Shown here in pieces: positions 58,553 through 64,000 of a stretch of 64,000 bases of DNA. The notes beneath the pieces are model-generated. The model worked only from the letters and a program-made list of their open reading frames with translations. It was not told where the DNA came from and did no database searches. The DNA is from Bacteroides uniformis (GTDB taxonomy: Bacteria > Bacillota_I > Bacilli_A > RFN20 > CAG-826), in the NCBI GenBank assembly GCA_963641445.1, contig CAVIBR010000008.1:4282-68281 (forward strand), given 5' to 3'. A program made the position numbers and the translations under genes. Each line of letters begins with the position of its first letter. Position 1 is the first letter of the stretch.

Positions 58553-61307
58553 ATAACAATCTTTTATATTTTCTTATGTATAGTTTCTTAACGAATTGAG
58601 TGAGAATTCCATAGATTATTACTTCAAGTAACAATATGAGGATGAAGATGGGTGATATGCTCACTAAATCGAATGTCTCATTCACTTTTGGAACATATAC
58701 GACAAAGAATCCAACAAGACAAGAAACGATAATGCCTAAACTAAGGGTGATTGATGGTCTAGCTTGGATAAGAGGAATCCTATCTGAACGTAAGAAGACG
58801 TATACGATGTTTTGCGTTATTAGTGATTCAATGAAGAAACCTGTTTGGAAGATACTTGCGAATATCAATCTATCAGACGTGCTTAGGTTGTAGTAATTAG
58901 TGAAATTAATTCCATCCGTATTTAGCATATTTGGACAAATGAAATACATCAATATAGCAAAGGAAGCCATATCTAAAAGACTTGATAATGGGCCAAAATA
59001 GAACATGAAGTTTCTTATTTGCTTAACAGAGAAATTAAGTGGCTGCATGATGTCTTTTTCTTCAACATTATCAAAGGGAATCATCGAGCAAGAGATATCA
59101 CTAATGATATCAAGCATGATGATATGAACGGCCTTAAGTGGGGCAAAAGGAATCCATAAGGCGCCAATGGATTGAGAAATCATATTGCCGAAGTTCGATG
59201 AAGTTTGACCTTTGACATATTTCATGACGTTGATATAGGATTTTCTTCCTTCGATTATGCCATCCTTTAAGGCTGTTAGATTGTTTTCTAACATGATGAT
59301 ATCGCTAGCTTGTTTAGCGATATCGGTTGCATCTTTAAAGGAGATGCCTACATCCGCGCTCTTTAATGCGGACGCGTCATTAATTCCATCTCCCATGAAT
59401 CCAACGACATGCTTATTCATCTTTAAAGCTTGAACTATTCTTTGCTTATCAAGTGGAGTGAGTTTCACGAAAAGGTTATGGCTTTCGACCTCTTTTTGAA
59501 GATCTTCATCACTCATCAAAGAGATATCATATCCAGTGAGATAAGATACATCCTTAAGATTTATCGCCTTGCAAATAGCAAGAGAAGAAGCGAGGGTGTC
59601 ACCAGTTAGAATTTTCACGTGAACGCCGTATTTCTCTAATGCTTCAATGGCAGCCTTTGCATCTTTCTTTGGACTGTCTTCAAAAGAAAGGAAGCCAATG
59701 AATGTCATATCTTTTTCATCTAAGGATGATATTTGCTCATTTTCCACGTCTTTTGTGGCAAGAATAAGGGTTCTTCTGCCTTTTGATGATTCTTTTTGAG
59801 CGATATCTTCAATCTTAGCGATATCATCTTTGTTTATCTCTCTTATTCCTGATGGAGTTTTAACGAAAGATATTGCCTCAAGCATATTATCTACCGCACC
59901 TTTGGAAACGATGAATTTCTTTCCATTTTTATCTTTCAATAAAACTGATAATTTCTTCCTAGCAAAATCAAAAGGAATCTCATCAAGCTTAATTATTCCT
60001 TCTTGCATTACCTCCGATATGGCTTTGTTTGTTGAAGCGTATTTAATGATTGATTGATCGATAACTGATTTGATTCCCGTTTGGTAATAGCTATTTAGGA
60101 ACGCTAAACGAAGAATCTTTATTGATGTATTCATATCAATATCGAAATATCGTGAAAGAGTAGAGGTATTTTCCGTCAATGTCCCGGTCTTATCCGTGCA
60201 AAGGACATCCATGCTGCCTAAATTGAAAATCGTATTGATATCTTTCACGATAACCTTTTTCTTTGACATTGAAACTGCCCCCTTTGCAAGATTTGATGTC
60301 ACTTGCATTGGAAGCAAGGAAGGAATAAGGCAAACAGCGACAGATATTGAGAATATGAAAGCGTTAATCCAGTTTGAGTAAGAGGTGAAGTCACCTGCTT
60401 TCAATATTCCATTCTCAAAATGAATATCGAAACCATCAATAAGGAAAATGATTGGAACGATGATGCAAATCAAAGTTAGAAGAAGTTTGGTTATTGATTG
60501 AATTCCTTTTTGAAAAGATACATTCACCTTCTTTTGAATGACCTTATCATTTAATTGGCCAAAAATCGTTTGGCTTGAAATGGAGAATACAACCCCTAAC
60601 CCTTTTCCTGAAACAACGCTAGAACCATTGAAAAGAATATTTGTAAGATCAAATGGGTTTACCTTGCTAATATCTCCTTGAGGGATATCTGTTCTTTTTT
60701 CAACTGGCAAAGATTCGCCAGTAAGACTAGATTGATCGATATATAAGTCTTTTGCATCAAGAAGTTTTATTTCTGCTGGAACCATATCGCCAGAAGAGAA
60801 TTCGATGATATCTCCTACAACAAGATCCTCGTTGCTTATTTCTTTTGAGACGCCATTTCTTATCACTCTAGATGTAGTCGCGGTTAAATCTTTTAATGAT
60901 GACGCGGATCTTTCAGATTTCAGGTTCTCCTTGTAACTAATCAAAGAAGAAATGAAAATGATTGTTAGGATGATTAATGGAGTGATATAGAAGGTTTTCT
61001 TATCGTTTTCTGATTCAGGAAAGAAATAGGAAATAAGTCCATTAAGGATGGCGATAACAAATAATATCAGGTTGAATAAAGTTAAGAATGATTTAATGAA
61101 TTTGACGAATTTGGAATCTTTTTTGGCTTTCTTTAGTGAGTTCCAGCCATATTTATTGACGGATTCTTCGACTTGAGAATCGTTTAAGCCTTTCGAAAGA
61201 TCCAAATTGAATTCTTTTTTCGTCTCTTCAAGACTCTTTTTGGAGAATTCATAAATTCTTTTTGAAGAATTGATGTTCTCTTTCTTTGTTGTTGCTTTCA
61301 TAAACAC
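58551..61307 (-). CDS. P-type cation-transporting ATPase (MgtA / Ca2+-ATPase-like, P2/P3 type)
   Basis: CTDKTGTLTEN phosphorylation site, TGESLPVEK, GDGINDASALKSADVGI. 918 aa with roughly 10 TM segments. Confidence 0.9.
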   Translation of the reverse strand: MFMKATTKKENINSSKRIYEFSKKSLEETKKEFNLDLSKGLNDSQVEESVNKYGWNSLKKAKKDSKFVKFIKSFLTLFNLILFVIAILNGLISYFFPESENDKKTFYITPLIILTIIFISSLISYKENLKSERSASSLKDLTATTSRVIRNGVSKEISNEDLVVGDIIEFSSGDMVPAEIKLLDAKDLYIDQSSLTGESLPVEKRTDIPQGDISKVNPFDLTNILFNGSSVVSGKGLGVVFSISSQTIFGQLNDKVIQKKVNVSFQKGIQSITKLLLTLICIIVPIIFLIDGFDIHFENGILKAGDFTSYSNWINAFIFSISVAVCLIPSLLPMQVTSNLAKGAVSMSKKKVIVKDINTIFNLGSMDVLCTDKTGTLTENTSTLSRYFDIDMNTSIKILRLAFLNSYYQTGIKSVIDQSIIKYASTNKAISEVMQEGIIKLDEIPFDFARKKLSVLLKDKNGKKFIVSKGAVDNMLEAISFVKTPSGIREINKDDIAKIEDIAQKESSKGRRTLILATKDVENEQISSLDEKDMTFIGFLSFEDSPKKDAKAAIEALEKYGVHVKILTGDTLASSLAICKAINLKDVSYLTGYDISLMSDEDLQKEVESHNLFVKLTPLDKQRIVQALKMNKHVVGFMGDGINDASALKSADVGISFKDATDIAKQASDIIMLENNLTALKDGIIEGRKSYINVMKYVKGQTSSNFGNMISQSIGALWIPFAPLKAVHIIMLDIISDISCSMIPFDNVEEKDIMQPLNFSVKQIRNFMFYFGPLSSLLDMASFAILMYFICPNMLNTDGINFTNYYNLSTSDRLIFASIFQTGFFIESLITQNIVYVFLRSDRIPLIQARPSITLSLGIIVSCLVGFFVVYVPKVNETFDLVSISPIFILILLLEVIIYGILTQFVKKLYIRKYKRLL

Positions 61308-62237
61308 CTCCTAATTAGTTTTGCTAACTAAGAGTAAGTTCAGTGGAGATTTTTCCAAATAAAAAAACCTTGCGACGCTTGAGCTTACACTTCTAGAGTA
61401 TTTGAATAATGTTATCTTTTACCTTGGCTTCGATAAGAGATGTTGACCAGCAATAGGAAGTCTCCTTCTTATTGCGGCAATTATCCGTGTCTACTAGTTA
61501 GCATGGCCTTGCTTAAGGCGGCAACAATATAGCATTAGAAAAATATGGTTGCAATAGGGGGAATGAATTTTTACAAATTAAAAATTTTTATGTTTTGATT
61601 GGCATGCCTCCCTTCATATTATTTGAGAAAAGAATAAGCGATAATTTATTCAAGGCTTATAAAAAACCTTCAATATTTAAGTAACTGCAATGTTATAAGA
61701 TTTTGGAACAACAGGATGACAAATGATGCGAGCGAAAAGAACGGAAAGGCGTCAATTGAAGAGTTCATGTCTTTAGATTAGAACCAAAATAAGAGTGCTA
61801 GACATAAGCTTTTAACGCTTCCATGTTAAAACATCTTTTCTTTCATAATGAATACATATCTTGACTGTTTTTGATATTTATTTTCTATTAAAATTTCACG
61901 CATTTTCATAAATCTTTACAAATTTCCGAAAAATATCGAATATGTCAAGGTTTTAAGAATTTAGGCGGAAAGAATTTTTGAAAATATGCCGCTTTTGCGG
62001 AAAGAATTAAATTCAAAAAGGCAAAATTACGGAAAGTATTTAAAGAATAAATGACTTAATATTCAAATAAAAATAATGATCTATCTTAATTAACGAAAGA
62101 TGATTTTTATTGTCTTAAAATGGTTTTACATAAACCATTAATTACTAATGTTCAGTTTTGGAAAATGTTTTAGTTTTCTAGAGATAACGAGCTTTCCATG
62201 GTAAAATTTTAATAGATAAAAGACGAGGTGATGGGAC

Positions 62238-63545
62238 GTGGATTTCAAAGAGGATCAGCATACAGAATTGAAGGAAAATTCAAAAAGCGGAACAATCATA
62301 AATGAGATTATTGCTTTTTTGAATACCTGCGATGGCGTTATCTATATCGGGGTTAAAGATGATGGACAATTAGTTGGAATAGATGATATTGATTCTGCAT
62401 CTTTATTCATTTCAAACATCGTTGCAGACCAAATTGAGCCAAGTCCTAGAGGACTCGTGGAAATTGACACGCCAATAATCGATGAGAAACAAATATTAAA
62501 AATCTCTATCAAGAAAGGCAATAAGCTTTATTATATCAAGAAATATGGAATGAGCAGTGCCGGTTGTTTTGAAAGAATCGGAACTTCATCAAGAGGAATG
62601 ACGCCTGAACAAATATTGAAGAGATTTGCTGAAACGATAAGCCTTCCGGAAAGGAAAATGGTTGATATACCATGCAATAGAACGGATTTGACTTTCTCAA
62701 AATTCAAGATGTATTTGGGCGCAAGAAACGTTCATTGGAACGAATCAAAGTTCGAAGAGAATTTCAATCTCTTAACACCAGACGGAAAATATAACCTCAT
62801 CGCTGATCTTCTTGCGGATGAAAATCTAGACTCAATAAAAGTCGCTATTTTCAGAGGCAAAGATAAATCTGATTACCTTAAAAGAAACGAATATGGATTT
62901 ACTTGTCTTTTGTATGCAATGGATCAGGCTAGCGAATACTGCTTAGCATTGAATGACACATATGTCGATACATCTAAAATGGTTAGACAAGAGAAGAAAT
63001 TATTTGATGAAGACGCATTTAGAGAAGCGTGGATTAACGCTGTTGTCCATAACAAATGGATCGATGGAATACCTCCAGCAATCTATTGGTTTGAAGATAG
63101 ATTGGAAATCATTTCATACGGAACGATTCCAAATGGAATGACAAAAGATGAGTTCCTATCAGGCAAGACCCATCCAGTAAACGAAGAATTAATGAAGATT
63201 TTTCTCCAATGTCACATCGTTGAACAAACGGGGCACGGAGTTCCAAAAGTTATTAAGAAATATGGCGTTAATGCCTATAATTTTGGCACGTCCACAATAA
63301 CCGTGACAATTCCTTTTGATAGGAATGGATTCAATGATGAACCCCAAAATGAACCCCAAAATGAACCCCAAAAAAGTATCTTTGAATTTATTATGGAGGA
63401 AATAGCTAACAATCCATCTATTTCAAAGACAAAACTTGCTGAGGATTGCGGCGTCTCGCTTTCAACAATTAAAAGAGTCCTCAAGAAAAATGGAATTGTC
63501 TTTATTGGTTCGAGCAAATCTGGGCATTGGGAAACCAAAAGGTGA
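62238..63545 (+). CDS. AlbA_2 (Schlafen-like) + HATPase_c_4 + C-terminal wHTH protein ('RecG-like putative transcriptional regulator' family)
   Basis: Domain-like N-terminus FKEDQHTELKENSK...GVIYIGVKDDGQLVGI. C-terminal HTH IANNPSISKTKLAEDCGVSLSTIKRVL. Contains an internal (EPQN)x3 repeat. Confidence 0.6.
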   Translation: MDFKEDQHTELKENSKSGTIINEIIAFLNTCDGVIYIGVKDDGQLVGIDDIDSASLFISNIVADQIEPSPRGLVEIDTPIIDEKQILKISIKKGNKLYYIKKYGMSSAGCFERIGTSSRGMTPEQILKRFAETISLPERKMVDIPCNRTDLTFSKFKMYLGARNVHWNESKFEENFNLLTPDGKYNLIADLLADENLDSIKVAIFRGKDKSDYLKRNEYGFTCLLYAMDQASEYCLALNDTYVDTSKMVRQEKKLFDEDAFREAWINAVVHNKWIDGIPPAIYWFEDRLEIISYGTIPNGMTKDEFLSGKTHPVNEELMKIFLQCHIVEQTGHGVPKVIKKYGVNAYNFGTSTITVTIPFDRNGFNDEPQNEPQNEPQKSIFEFIMEEIANNPSISKTKLAEDCGVSLSTIKRVLKKNGIVFIGSSKSGHWETKR

Positions 63546-63732
63546 TTTTTTCTGACGAAGCGTTTTTTGATGTTGTAGCGTCAAATAGAATTGCACGCAT
63601 TTTCCGCTTTAAATAACTTTATCGACTTTAGGCGAAAGTGATAATTATTCTGCGGTGTGCATGATGCTTTTTGAATAATTAAAATGCGCAAAACACCTTA
63701 CTAATGCTAAAAACAAGGCATACATGCATGAA

Positions 63733-64000
63733 TTAAGCAGCAGTTGCTGTATATTCATCTGCATTTATTTTCAAATAATAATTAGTATTGTTTCTAGTTA
63801 GATTGTAATCTGTTTTACTAATAGCTGTATCATCTTTTTTAATAGTGAAAACATAGCCAGTAGGAGATGTAACATTATCCGCACCTAAACTTACTTGTGG
63901 GAGATATGTATTAGTTATTGTTTTATCTTTTGCATTATCTTTAAGAGCAAGAGTGAAGATTTTATCGTTTATTACCTGATCATCTATTGAAGTAGGTGTT
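63733..64000 (-). CDS. Partial CDS (3' end only; continues beyond the window), hypothetical secreted or surface protein
   Basis: The minus-strand frame is open from the window edge to TAA at 63733 (...YLKINADEYTATAA*). Confidence 0.3.
   Translation of the reverse strand, partial: TPTSIDDQVINDKIFTLALKDNAKDKTITNTYLPQVSLGADNVTSPTGYVFTIKKDDTAISKTDYNLTRNNTNYYLKINADEYTATAA

Noticed and set aside
1-64000. Mollicute genetic code (TGA = Trp)
   Set aside because: Standard-code translation gives many very long uninterrupted ORFs (1132, 973, 932, 918 and 807 aa) with intact conserved motifs. That would be unlikely if TGA were a frequent sense codon. The single in-frame stop seen is TAA, not TGA.

Overview
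This is an AT-rich (about one-third GC) stretch of bacterial chromosome that reads as a low-GC Firmicute or wall-less Mollicute-like lineage using the standard genetic code: long ORFs are intact, so TGA is not Trp. I see no rRNA, tRNA or CRISPR array. The window is dominated by accessory and conflict-type content. There are at least five copies or fragments of an AAA_14/DUF4143 ATPase family, each with its own short tandem direct repeats upstream. There are four paralogs of a second ATPase family (Arch_ATPase/DUF234-like, N-terminal GRRRVGKT), three of which are bracketed by their own paralog-specific long-loop hairpin repeats: two upstream, the second abutting the RBS, and one downstream. A Fic protein sits next to an AbiEi-like wHTH protein and a macro-domain protein. 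A ~710 bp, sharply GC-rich segment bounded by 16 bp terminal inverted repeats lies immediately upstream of a tightly packed SNF2-helicase / HNH-nuclease / SAM-methyltransferase module. A cytosolic, TM-less FtsH paralog (AAA + M41) is paired with an HslV-like Ntn hydrolase. A 13 kb co-directional operon encodes two TasA-like secreted proteins plus a SipW-type signal peptidase, a membrane-anchored McrB-like AAA_5 NTPase with a zinc-ribbon partner, an ABC exporter, a beta-helix surface protein, a repeat lipoprotein and a choloylglycine-hydrolase-family amidase. Housekeeping-type genes are a GH3 glycosidase, a YghZ-like aldo/keto reductase, an M18 aminopeptidase, an AgrC-like kinase with a LytTR regulator, a GGDEF-EAL protein and a P-type cation ATPase. 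Other oddities are a near-identical 45 bp hairpin element present in inverted orientation at 25.1 kb and 57.8 kb, an orphan toxin-CT-like fragment with an immunity-like gene, a canonical A-AAA-AAG -1 slippery site joining a zinc-ribbon ORF to a 2-TM ORF, and a 1.4 kb ORF-free, GC-elevated region that may encode a structured RNA. All functional calls rest on motif recognition by eye. None has been checked against a database.
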